Shown here in pieces: positions 1 to 7,726 of a stretch of 49,695 nt of DNA. The first letter of the stretch is position 1, and the number at the start of each line of letters is the position of its first letter. The DNA is from a virus (taxonomy: Duplodnaviria > Caudoviricetes). Made by a program: the position numbers and the translations under genes. The notes under the pieces are model-generated. The model was not told the origin of the DNA, did no database searches, and saw only the letters and a list, made by a program, of their open reading frames with translations. Location: positions 1-49,695 of the IMG/VR virus record IMGVR_UViG_3300024981_000261, one strand, 5' to 3'.

Positions 1-756
1 CTAAAAGCTATTGGATACTTTCTGCACTATATTAAATAGTTTTCTGACATCATTTAAATTTATTGTAAAATCTGTATACTCAGGAGAAGGATTTAATGAA
101 TGGCAAGTTATTTCGCCAGTTTCTACATTTTGATCAATTATTTGTTTACATAATATTGTTGTATCGGTTACAATTATCCAATTTGGATATTGCTTAGTGT
201 GTAGTTTGCTTTTCCAATGCTCATATCCTAATTCTCTTGCATTTACTACATCGCCATGAGATAAACTCCTTTTGCTATCATCATCCATGCTGTCTCCTTT
301 TATTTCAAATGCTTGGTAGTTTCCATGGTATATTTGATCAACAGGAAAATATGAATATCCGTTTCCTTCCCATATATTAGCATCCCTAAATTCATCGATA
401 TACTTAGCGTATGCATAAATAGGAACCATCGGAACCTTCATTATAAATTTACCTCCAGGTGCTTTAAAATAACTTATGCCGGATGGTGTTGTTATATAAG
501 GCTCATCTTCGCTATGTAAAGGGTTTTCTATTATCATATTCCCATATCCATTTATGAGCCATAATCCACTTACAGTAGGGAATGCCATAAGTATTTGTCC
601 AACAACTTCTTTACCTACATTATATCCTTCTTTCATCCAATTACTGGCAGTATTGCTCTTAACTCCAACTTTTTCGCAAAACAAGGTATGATTACCTCTT
701 TTTTTTCCAAAAAAATGTTCTTTTACCTCTATTATCCGAGAATTAATTGTGCTCAT
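1..756 (-). CDS. CI-like repressor, N-terminal HTH plus C-terminal S24/LexA-type domain
   Basis: HTH-like FCEKVGVKSNTASNW; S24 motifs AFEIKGDSM, ILCKQI, CHSLNP; divergent from Cro-like gene. Confidence 0.85.
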   Translation of the reverse strand: MSTINSRIIEVKEHFFGKKRGNHTLFCEKVGVKSNTASNWMKEGYNVGKEVVGQILMAFPTVSGLWLINGYGNMIIENPLHSEDEPYITTPSGISYFKAPGGKFIMKVPMVPIYAYAKYIDEFRDANIWEGNGYSYFPVDQIYHGNYQAFEIKGDSMDDDSKRSLSHGDVVNARELGYEHWKSKLHTKQYPNWIIVTDTTILCKQIIDQNVETGEITCHSLNPSPEYTDFTINLNDVRKLFNIVQKVSNSF

Positions 757-773
757 AATTTTATCTATAGATA

Positions 774-804
774 TTTGTTATATCATAATATTATGATATA
801 TTTG
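774..804 (+). promoter_or_regulatory. Bacteroidota-type promoter overlapped by operator palindrome
   Basis: TTTG (774-777) and TATATTTG (797-804); perfect palindrome ATCATAATATTATGAT at 782-797. Confidence 0.7.
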
Positions 805-807
805 TAT

Positions 808-900
808 TGTAATCAATTGGGGCGATTGCAATAAATTAAGAAATTAGGTTTAAACCTTGAGAGCAGCATGCAACCCCAATTTGTATGCTGCTTTCTGTTT
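808..900 (+). ncRNA. Putative small RNA with two hairpins whose loops are complementary, ending in terminator-like stem
   Basis: Stem 808-814/824-830 with loop AATTGGGGC; stem 862-873/881-892 with loop CCCCAAT, then T-rich tail. Confidence 0.45.
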
Positions 901-914
901 TAATATTTAGTGTT

Positions 915-1067
915 ATGAGAGAAGATTTAATTCTACCTTTAATATCATTGATGTTCAGTGTTGGTGTGTTTATATATCAATTAACACAATGTCCAGAAAA
1001 TTTAAAGAATAAAATAAAATATCGATTCAATAAATTACTGAAGCGTTCTAAGAAGAGCCACTATTGA
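915..1067 (+). CDS. Small hypothetical membrane peptide
   Basis: ATG at 915; hydrophobic N-terminal half, basic tail; overlaps 3' end of the minus-strand gene, could be spurious. Confidence 0.35.
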   Translation: MREDLILPLISLMFSVGVFIYQLTQCPENLKNKIKYRFNKLLKRSKKSHY

Positions 1068-1454
1068 TATTATTATAGCAATAATTGATATTATTGTAGT
1101 TATAGCATACTTCCTGTTCTCTGAAAGCCAACCCGGATAAAAAGGGGTGAATATTCGCCACTTTAAAGCATCCTCTCCTTTCTTTGTTATCTCATAAGAC
1201 TCATTGATATATTCTTTAAATTCTGATACTTTTATTCTTGATACTTCATTCTTTTCTACAAATCCCCATTCTACACATAACTTTATACCATATCTTATTT
1301 CCGGTTGAAAATTTTTATACTTGGCGTCCAATCTTTTCAATCGATATTTTCTAATAAAGTTCTTTTTTTTGTAATATCCCCATAAAATATACTTAAGAAA
1401 CCTATCAGGGTTATCTATTCGTATTAACTCTTTTCTGTCATAAGAAATTTCCAT
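1035..1454 (-). CDS. Hypothetical protein with C-terminal TM helix, in the repressor transcription unit
   Basis: 139 aa; winged-helix-like YEITKKGEDAL; C-terminal hydrophobic segment. Confidence 0.7.
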   Translation of the reverse strand: MEISYDRKELIRIDNPDRFLKYILWGYYKKKNFIRKYRLKRLDAKYKNFQPEIRYGIKLCVEWGFVEKNEVSRIKVSEFKEYINESYEITKKGEDALKWRIFTPFYPGWLSENRKYAITTIISIIAIIISIVALLRTLQ

Positions 1455-1502
1455 CCCCCAATTTTAAGTTAAAACACTACGTATTCTTAAATAAAGTTAA
1501 AC

Positions 1503-1556
1503 ATCATAATATTATGATTTAAATATTTGATAAGTCATAAAACTATGATATATTTG
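1503..1556 (+). promoter_or_regulatory. Early rightward promoter with two operator sites
   Basis: ATCATAATATTATGAT at 1503-1518, variant GTCATAAAACTATGAT at 1534-1549; TTTG 1526-1529 and TATATTTG 1549-1556. Confidence 0.75.
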
Positions 1557-1569
1557 CATTGTAGTTAAT

Positions 1570-1588
1570 CAAATATACAACAAATATA
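1570..1588 (-). promoter_or_regulatory. Candidate leftward -7 elements
   Basis: CAAATATA (TATATTTG on minus strand) at 1570-1577 and 1581-1588. Confidence 0.45.
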
Positions 1589-1616
1589 ATTAAACATATT
1601 AAATACAGTGCAAAAA

Positions 1617-1832
1617 ATGGCTCAACTAAAAAACATACCAGCAAATAGAATTATAGCAGGAAGCAAAGAGTTAGCTAAAATTCTAAGTAAGACAGAACAA
1701 ACAATTAATAGATGGAAAAACCAAGGTAGATTAAACTATCTACAAGTTGGAAGCGAATATTTCTACGATAGCGAAAATATATTCGACACTACTCGGAATT
1801 ATAGGGACTCTAAAAGAAAGCAAAACGCTTAA
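1617..1832 (+). CDS. Cro/excisionase-like HTH protein
   Basis: SKELAKILSKTEQTINRWKNQG HTH; first rightward gene. Confidence 0.75.
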   Translation: MAQLKNIPANRIIAGSKELAKILSKTEQTINRWKNQGRLNYLQVGSEYFYDSENIFDTTRNYRDSKRKQNA

Positions 1833-1845
1833 ATACAATACAATC

Positions 1846-2199
1846 ATGGGAGCACTAAAAATAGATATACAGGATTTCAAGCCTTGTCTTACAGATGAGT
1901 CGATAGACAAGCTAGTGAAGCTTATTATGTCTGATTTGGATATCTACAGTTATGAAGGACGTAGACGAAGATCATTCGAATGCACGAATGGTATTAGAGT
2001 AGATATAGAGGCTAATTATAGAGGTTTTGGTTATCGCAGTATACAACTTAAAAACGTATATGTGATGTATAAGGTAGATGATGATTGGAAGTCTATCGAG
2101 GAGTACGAAGGAACGATTAACAGTCTACTTTCTGATGCTATCGGGGAACTGAACTATAAGGAAGAGGAAGAATACGAAACTGAAAAGCAATACTCATGA
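1846..2199 (+). CDS. Hypothetical protein
   Basis: ORF track; ATG at 1846 preferred. Confidence 0.7.
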   Translation: MGALKIDIQDFKPCLTDESIDKLVKLIMSDLDIYSYEGRRRRSFECTNGIRVDIEANYRGFGYRSIQLKNVYVMYKVDDDWKSIEEYEGTINSLLSDAIGELNYKEEEEYETEKQYS

Positions 2200-2384
2200 A
2201 AAAGAATAGAAAAGAAACACCCGGTTATACATTAACGCTTATCGTAATCCTTCTGCTAGTAATATTCACAAGTCTTTATATAGACTGGTACTTCAACAAG
2301 AAGCAGATCGAAAAGGAAAACAGGGAGCTGCAAGAAATGGCAGACTATCACAGATCACAAGGTAGAACAATTAATCTTTACTAA
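2196..2384 (+). CDS. Small membrane protein
   Basis: One TM helix; ATGA overlap with upstream ORF. Confidence 0.65.
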   Translation: MKKNRKETPGYTLTLIVILLLVIFTSLYIDWYFNKKQIEKENRELQEMADYHRSQGRTINLY

Positions 2385-2385
2385 A

Positions 2386-2508
2386 ATGACAGCACTTTTA
2401 ATAATAGCAATTATCGGACTTGGAGTCACTATGGTAATTGGTGGAATAGTAGTAGGCATAATGAAAGCCTATGAGGTAAACCCGAACGATGAAAATTTCC
2501 TAAAGTAA
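2386..2508 (+). CDS. 40-aa membrane peptide (not in ORF track)
   Basis: MTALLIIAIIGLGVTMVIGGIVVGIMKAYEVNPNDENFLK read from sequence; abuts upstream stop. Confidence 0.55.
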   Translation: MTALLIIAIIGLGVTMVIGGIVVGIMKAYEVNPNDENFLK

Positions 2509-2559
2509 TATATCCTTAAAAACTAAAATCCCCTTTCAAGACTTTGAGAACAGCCTTGT

Positions 2560-3045
2560 TTCCTTCGGGTTTGGCTGTAAAAAGCAAGTTCTTTGGCTTA
2601 TTTAAACTTCTCTTACTATCCGTGAAAAGATAGCCTATACATTAGATTGTATAGAAAGATGAAGATGTGCAGATTGTAAGGACTGCAGGATAGACAATAA
2701 CCTACTATGTATAGTATAGTTAACGAATATCGAACAAGAAGAATAATATTTAGCACCATCGAAACATGGTTGACTGAGGTAAAAATCGGAAAGGTTATAG
2801 GGTGTGAACAAATATATAAAATAAATCATGCTTTTGCTTGGGGTGTCAGCGATGTATATCAAACCCTGCATGATTAACTAAAAGCTACTTCAACTAACTA
2901 ATTACATTTTCTAATAATATTAATAAGGTAGCTTTTATCTCGGTGTGCATTTGGTTGCTATCCGAGAGCGATGCTCTGAAAGGAGTGTTTTTTAGAATTT
3001 GGTTTATACGAGTAGTGTTGTCTGTGAAGATAGCACTACTTATTT
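2560..3045 (+). ncRNA. Hairpin-rich non-coding leader with boxA-like element
   Basis: No plus-strand ORF of 60 aa or more; many stems including UUCG and GTGA loops; AAGTTCTTTG at 2586-2595. Confidence 0.45.
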
Positions 3046-3064
3046 TAAAGAGAGTAAGGAAAAT

Positions 3065-3096
3065 AAATATAACCATTAATAATTACAGATATGAAA
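3065..3096 (+). repeat. Linker repeat A, copy 1
   Basis: AAATATAACCATTAATAATTACAGATATGAAA identical to 30539-30570. Confidence 0.9.
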
Positions 3097-3543
3097 AAAT
3101 TAGATGAAGTAAAAGAGTTGATAAGAAATGCATCTGCAATTAGAAACTTTTTAAATGCTACACTGCAAAAATATAAATCTGATACAAGAATTGATAAACT
3201 TGAATACGGGTTTAACCAAGATAAAAGATTTGCTACATGTAATGGTGTTACTATTACATTCGATTCTCTTGTTGGATCTTATGGCAGTTCTAGTTGCTCT
3301 ACTATTGATGGGATTTTTGTAGATGATGAATATTCATTTGGATCTTATGGCAGTTCTAGTTGCTCTACTATTGTGAATTTATCCTCAGATGTATTCAATA
3401 AGCACCTACTGAAATATCTAAACAACAACAAACACACTATTATGCTTGCCATAGCTGATAGTATAGAAAAGGATGCTAAAAGTATTAAAGATGAAGCAGA
3501 GAAAGAACTTCAAGCGGAACTCGATAAATTAAAAAAACTCTAA
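3091..3543 (+). CDS. Hypothetical protein carrying an in-frame 66-bp duplication/insertion
   Basis: GSYGSSSCSTI occurs twice. Confidence 0.8.
   Translation: MKKLDEVKELIRNASAIRNFLNATLQKYKSDTRIDKLEYGFNQDKRFATCNGVTITFDSLVGSYGSSSCSTIDGIFVDDEYSFGSYGSSSCSTIVNLSSDVFNKHLLKYLNNNKHTIMLAIADSIEKDAKSIKDEAEKELQAELDKLKKL
3272..3373. repeat. Perfect 36-bp direct repeat flanking a 30-bp unique insert
   Basis: TTGGATCTTATGGCAGTTCTAGTTGCTCTACTATTG at 3272-3307 and 3338-3373; insert 3308-3337. Confidence 0.95.
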
Positions 3544-3580
3544 CCTACCCCTTATTAACAATAAAAGCAAAGACAATGAA
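3540..3580 (+). repeat. Linker repeat B, copy 1
   Basis: 39/41 identical to 30951-30991. Confidence 0.9.
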
Positions 3581-3752
3581 TTTAATAGATGCGAAAGTAG
3601 TTGATATTCTGAGTAGACCATACGAAAGAGGGGTTTACTGGTGTGTAGATGTCAAGGTAGATAGATACGGTTCTATAACAGAATCGAAGGTTTACTTTAA
3701 TTCTAAAGAAGAAGCCGAAAAATGTAGTGTCGGGTATACTTATACATGTTAA
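3576..3752 (+). CDS. 58-aa hypothetical protein (not in ORF track)
   Basis: MNLIDAKVVDILSRPYERGVYWCVDV...; starts in linker B. Confidence 0.65.
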   Translation: MNLIDAKVVDILSRPYERGVYWCVDVKVDRYGSITESKVYFNSKEEAEKCSVGYTYTC

Positions 3753-3795
3753 CCAATAAAAGCAAAGACTCTGCATGTAGTAGAGTCTTTCGTAT

Positions 3796-3935
3796 TCGGA
3801 GATGGCGGAATGGTAGACGCAGAAAGATCATAGCATTGTTAGAGTGGAAGTCTCTAAGGGTTGGTATGTTTTAGGTAAAGCCGAAAGAGAAGATGATCAA
3901 ATCATACCGTGCAGGTTCGAGTCCTGCTCTCCGAA
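3796..3935 (+). ncRNA. tRNA-like RNA with Leu-type D arm and canonical T arm, 90-nt non-canonical centre, no CCA
   Basis: Acceptor TCGGAGA/TCTCCGA; TGGCGGAATGGTAGACGC; GCAGG-TTCGAGT-CCTGC. Confidence 0.75.
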
Positions 3936-3969
3936 CTACTTTGCTAAAAGTAAATAGAAATTGATATGT

Positions 3970-4005
3970 AGGCATTCTGAGTTGTGATAATTCGGGATGC
4001 TTTTT
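3970..4005 (+). terminator. Possible intrinsic terminator
   Basis: G-U-rich stem followed by T run. Confidence 0.4.
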
Positions 4006-4034
4006 AATTGAATAGTAACGATAAAACAAAAGAT

Positions 4035-4244
4035 ATGATTGACAATAAATGGACAGATAAAGAAAAGAATCTTCTACTAGGTTATGCACAAGCATCCGAT
4101 GAAGAAACAATAGACGATCACATTGAATATATCAGATACATGATGTATTTAGAGGGTAACCATCCAGAACTAAATGAAAGAAGTATATCAGCTGTTAAAA
4201 ATATGTATTACAAACTAACAAATAAAGAGCTCAATAAAGAATGA
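4035..4244 (+). CDS. Hypothetical protein
   Basis: ORF track; ATG at 4035. Confidence 0.65.
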   Translation: MIDNKWTDKEKNLLLGYAQASDEETIDDHIEYIRYMMYLEGNHPELNERSISAVKNMYYKLTNKELNKE

Positions 4245-4666
4245 AAAACCAAGTATTAAGCATAGAACAAATGAAAAGCCTAATTCAATTAGGTATAGAC
4301 ACGAGTAAGGCTAGTATGTGTTGGATAAAGAATACGGACGGCGATGAAACCGAAAACAAGTATATGCTTTCAGTACACAATGAATGGTGCTATGAAATGT
4401 CTTGTTTATCTCCTATACCTACGTTCACATTACAGGACATATTATCTATACTTCCTAGAAAAATTCATGATAAAATAACCAATAGAAATGCTCATCTAAA
4501 TATTGAGTATGCAGAAAACAAAGTTGGCATATCCTATTTAGTTGGTGCATATGTAATGGTTGGTGATTTTAGAACTATTAACGATAATATTATCAATGCT
4601 GCGTATAGCATGCTTATTTGGGCAATAGATCATAATTATTTAAAGGCAATCCCACCAGTTGATTGA
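4241..4666 (+). CDS. Hypothetical phage protein
   Basis: QVLSIEQM and PTFTLQDIL motifs typical of Bacteroidetes phage accessory ORFs. Confidence 0.75.
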   Translation: MKNQVLSIEQMKSLIQLGIDTSKASMCWIKNTDGDETENKYMLSVHNEWCYEMSCLSPIPTFTLQDILSILPRKIHDKITNRNAHLNIEYAENKVGISYLVGAYVMVGDFRTINDNIINAAYSMLIWAIDHNYLKAIPPVD

Positions 4667-4691
4667 ATATTAACTTAAACAAGATATAGAG

Positions 4692-4919
4692 ATGGAACAA
4701 ATAAAAGAAGGAAAAGAGAATGCTTTTCCGCATGTAGAATTAGATACATATTCAGGAAAACCATGTAATCAACATTTCGGTCTAACCAAGCGAGAATTAT
4801 TCGCTGCTATGGCTATGCAAGGAATGTTAGCCGATCCCAATATTGTAAAGTTCGACCTTTGCGCAAAACAAGCTGTGAAATGTGCCGATTTTCTTATAAA
4901 CGAACTAAATAAAGAGTAG
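4692..4919 (+). CDS. Small conserved phage protein
   Basis: AFP...GLTKRELFAAMAMQG motif, common in phages. Confidence 0.75.
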   Translation: MEQIKEGKENAFPHVELDTYSGKPCNQHFGLTKRELFAAMAMQGMLADPNIVKFDLCAKQAVKCADFLINELNKE

Positions 4920-4997
4920 CCATGCCAACAATAAAAATACCCTTCCCTCTACATGAGGGATTAGAAGTGAAGAAAGTAGAACCTATACAATAAAGCC

Positions 4998-5402
4998 ATG
5001 AAAGCAAATGTAAAAAGATTTTATACAAGGGCTGGCGAAACGATTAATCGCTATGAACTAAAAATATTTCAGTACAAAGATGTTCCTAAATTCGAGCATG
5101 AGCAAGTCCCTATATTCTGTAATAGTGATGAATATCTTGTAATAAAAGGTAAATATAAAGACTTTGAGGTAATACTAGCTAAAAAGCATAAAATATTTTC
5201 TGATAACTATGTGGATAATGTCTTAGTCTATAAAAGAGATTGGACTTTCTCAACTTTGGAAAATGGCTTATACATCTCAATGTATACTTTTCGATCAAAG
5301 AAGGTTGCTCTTAATAGAATGAAAAAGGAACTTGCTAAATATCTAGCAAAACACTCATGGATGTACAATTTTAATATTGACAGGATATTTGAAGAGCTTT
5401 AG
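4998..5402 (+). CDS. Hypothetical protein
   Basis: ORF track, operon context. Confidence 0.7.
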   Translation: MKANVKRFYTRAGETINRYELKIFQYKDVPKFEHEQVPIFCNSDEYLVIKGKYKDFEVILAKKHKIFSDNYVDNVLVYKRDWTFSTLENGLYISMYTFRSKKVALNRMKKELAKYLAKHSWMYNFNIDRIFEEL

Positions 5403-5404
5403 CC

Positions 5405-5587
5405 ATGAAACGCATACCACGCAGACGCAAAGGCATACAATACTATTTCTTCAATGGTATAGGTATGCAGCTTACTTATGACATGGGCACCACTAGCGAC
5501 ATCGAAAGATACAAGCTAGGAAACTACTTAGATAACAAAAATGCGAGGTTAGTAGAGCAAGCAATTAAAGAACTATTTAAAGAGTAA
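5405..5587 (+). CDS. Hypothetical protein
   Basis: ORF track, tight packing. Confidence 0.65.
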   Translation: MKRIPRRRKGIQYYFFNGIGMQLTYDMGTTSDIERYKLGNYLDNKNARLVEQAIKELFKE

Positions 5588-5590
5588 GAT

Positions 5591-6157
5591 ATGAAAGAAC
5601 TAATAAATATACAGTCAGCATTAAATGTGCCTAAAAACCAACGAAATGATTTTGGTAAGTATAATTACAGGAGTTGTGAAGATATATTGGAAGCCGTTAA
5701 ACCTTTGTTGTTAGAAAATAACTGCTTCTTATTTATATCGGATTCAATATCTGAAATAAACGGAAAGGTGTATATAACCGCAAAGGCTACTATAAAAAAC
5801 TTAGATGGTCAAGAAATAAGCGTCACTGCATCTGCGAGAGAAGAAGAAACTAAAAAAGGCATGGATTCAGCACAAATCACCGGATCAACAAGCTCATACG
5901 CTCGAAAATATGCGCTAAACGGTTTATTCTGCATTGATGATGCTAAAGACCCAGACGGCGATAAGCCAGAAAAACAAAAGCCTAAAGAAGAAACATTGAG
6001 CGACCAAAGAAAGATACTTTTAGATAAAACAGCCAAAGACAACAAGCTGTTAACTAATATTCTATCTCGCTATTCTATGCCATCAATGGACGACCTAACC
6101 GACCAGATGATAGAAGAAACATATAGTGCTATGAAGCAGAAAGGGCTTATAGAATGA
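5591..6157 (+). CDS. erf: ERF-family ssDNA annealing recombinase
   Basis: YNYRSCEDILEAVKP and AQITGSTSSYARKYALNGLF motifs. Confidence 0.9.
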   Translation: MKELINIQSALNVPKNQRNDFGKYNYRSCEDILEAVKPLLLENNCFLFISDSISEINGKVYITAKATIKNLDGQEISVTASAREEETKKGMDSAQITGSTSSYARKYALNGLFCIDDAKDPDGDKPEKQKPKEETLSDQRKILLDKTAKDNKLLTNILSRYSMPSMDDLTDQMIEETYSAMKQKGLIE

Positions 6158-6771
6158 AAAGTATGTATATTGGAAGCGGTGATGTTACCGCCCTATTATC
6201 TGGTATTCATACAAAAACTCATCAAGACCTTTTGAGAAGATTTGTTTCCGATGAAATACCATTTTATAATGCAGATGCAAGTCCAATTGATGCGCTTAGG
6301 ACTGGTGCAATATTAGAAAAAAGATTCTATCTAACATTAGATGATCGATATTTGCCTCAGAAAAGAGTAGAAAGTAAAGAATACAATGTTTGTCGTTCAA
6401 GTCTTGACTTTTCGAATGTATTTAACAATAATGTTGTTGATTTTATAGAGTTAAAAAGCTGCTTCTTTACAGATTTCTTAGAATTTCAGCCTTTTAAAAA
6501 TGCTGATTATGATACTTATATAGAATATATCAAAAAGTATTATAAGAATAACTATAATCAAGTTCAATTTCAATTGTTTTGCACCGGGATAGAAGAATCA
6601 TGGTTGTGCTTTTTAGAGGTAAAATGTTATGATGATAATGTAAACAAAGAAAGAATTATCAAAGAGGATGAATGTATTTATTTTAGAATCAAACGTGACG
6701 AAAAAGTCATATCATTAATTAAAGAAAGAGTTAAGCCTTTTCAATATTTAAAAGATTTTTATACTAAATAA
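6154..6771 (+). CDS. YqaJ/lambda-exonuclease-like nuclease
   Basis: IGSGD, GAILE, SSLD, IELK, QVQFQL motifs; next to ERF. Confidence 0.75.
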   Translation: MKSMYIGSGDVTALLSGIHTKTHQDLLRRFVSDEIPFYNADASPIDALRTGAILEKRFYLTLDDRYLPQKRVESKEYNVCRSSLDFSNVFNNNVVDFIELKSCFFTDFLEFQPFKNADYDTYIEYIKKYYKNNYNQVQFQLFCTGIEESWLCFLEVKCYDDNVNKERIIKEDECIYFRIKRDEKVISLIKERVKPFQYLKDFYTK

Positions 6772-6773
6772 CT

Positions 6774-7136
6774 ATGTACAGACTAGAAGTAATAGGAAAT
6801 ATCGGACAAGATGCCGAGATAAAGCCAATAAATGGAAAAGATTATTATTCGTTTTCACTTGCTTATACCGAAAAGCGAGCAGGGGCAGATAAGACATATT
6901 GGGTTAAGTGCCTTAAGCTAGTAGGTGAAAGTACTAAATTAGGCGAATACCTAAAAAAAGGACAACAAGTATATGTTTTAGGAATGCCATATACAACTTC
7001 TTATATAAACAAGGACAATAAATCCGTGTCAGACCAATGTGTTTTCGTAAATAATATTCAGTTGCTAGGAGGCAGAAATCAATCAGGTCAATCAAATAAT
7101 CAAAGTCAGGAAAAAGACGACGATTTGCCCTTCTGA
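6774..7136 (+). CDS. ssb: Single-stranded DNA-binding protein
   Basis: IGNIGQDAE, YLKKGQQVYVLG, tail DDDLPF. Confidence 0.9.
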   Translation: MYRLEVIGNIGQDAEIKPINGKDYYSFSLAYTEKRAGADKTYWVKCLKLVGESTKLGEYLKKGQQVYVLGMPYTTSYINKDNKSVSDQCVFVNNIQLLGGRNQSGQSNNQSQEKDDDLPF

Positions 7137-7180
7137 TATGATGGATTTGTATTTATATGTAATGAATAGAGAAAAATGAC

Positions 7181-7726
7181 ATGGAGGAGATTTGGAAAGA
7201 CGTAATAGGGTATGAAGGATTGTATCAGGTGTCTAATATAGGTAGAGTGAAGAGTCTCGAAAGAAGATCGTATCCAAATAATGGAAAAAGTTATTTTATA
7301 AAGAATAGAATCTTAAAAGAGATTATAAATAAGGTCGGGTATAGCGTTGTATGTCTAAGAAAGGATGGATCAGGTAAGTTTCTTCTTGTACACAGATTGG
7401 TTGTAGAATCTTTTATATCGCCTATAAACGAACTTGAAGTAGACCATATCAATACTATAAGAAAAGACAATAGAGTTTCAAACCTAAGGCTTGTAACCCA
7501 TTTAGAAAACTGTCATAACTCAATTACTAGGAAAAGTGTCCTAAAGGCAAACAATAATAAATCTAAACCTGTAGCCCAAATAGAAAAACTAACTGGTAAA
7601 TTAATAAATAAATTCATATCAGTTAGAGAAGCTAGTAGACAAACGGGTATTCATCAGTATTGTATAACAAATACATGCCGAGGTAATCAACTTTACTCCG
7701 GTGGATATAGATGGAAATATATATAA
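7181..7726 (+). CDS. NUMOD4-HNH-NUMOD1 homing endonuclease
   Basis: EIWKDVIGYEGLYQVSNIGRVKS, VHRLV, VDHIN...DNRVSNL, C-terminal GGYRWKY. Confidence 0.9.
   Translation: MEEIWKDVIGYEGLYQVSNIGRVKSLERRSYPNNGKSYFIKNRILKEIINKVGYSVVCLRKDGSGKFLLVHRLVVESFISPINELEVDHINTIRKDNRVSNLRLVTHLENCHNSITRKSVLKANNNKSKPVAQIEKLTGKLINKFISVREASRQTGIHQYCITNTCRGNQLYSGGYRWKYI

Noticed and set aside
3272-3373. Bona fide CRISPR array
   Set aside because: Only two repeats, inside a coding frame, no clear terminal palindrome, leader or cas genes; kept as a possible integration scar
3796-3935. Canonical tRNA-Leu, intron-containing tRNA or tmRNA
   Set aside because: No anticodon arm can be rebuilt; 90 nt is too short for a group I intron; tmRNA lacks such a D stem and is far longer
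4917-5407. Repeated (T/A)AGCCATG junctions and a 23-aa ORF at 4922-4993
   Set aside because: Too short to distinguish from ordinary start context
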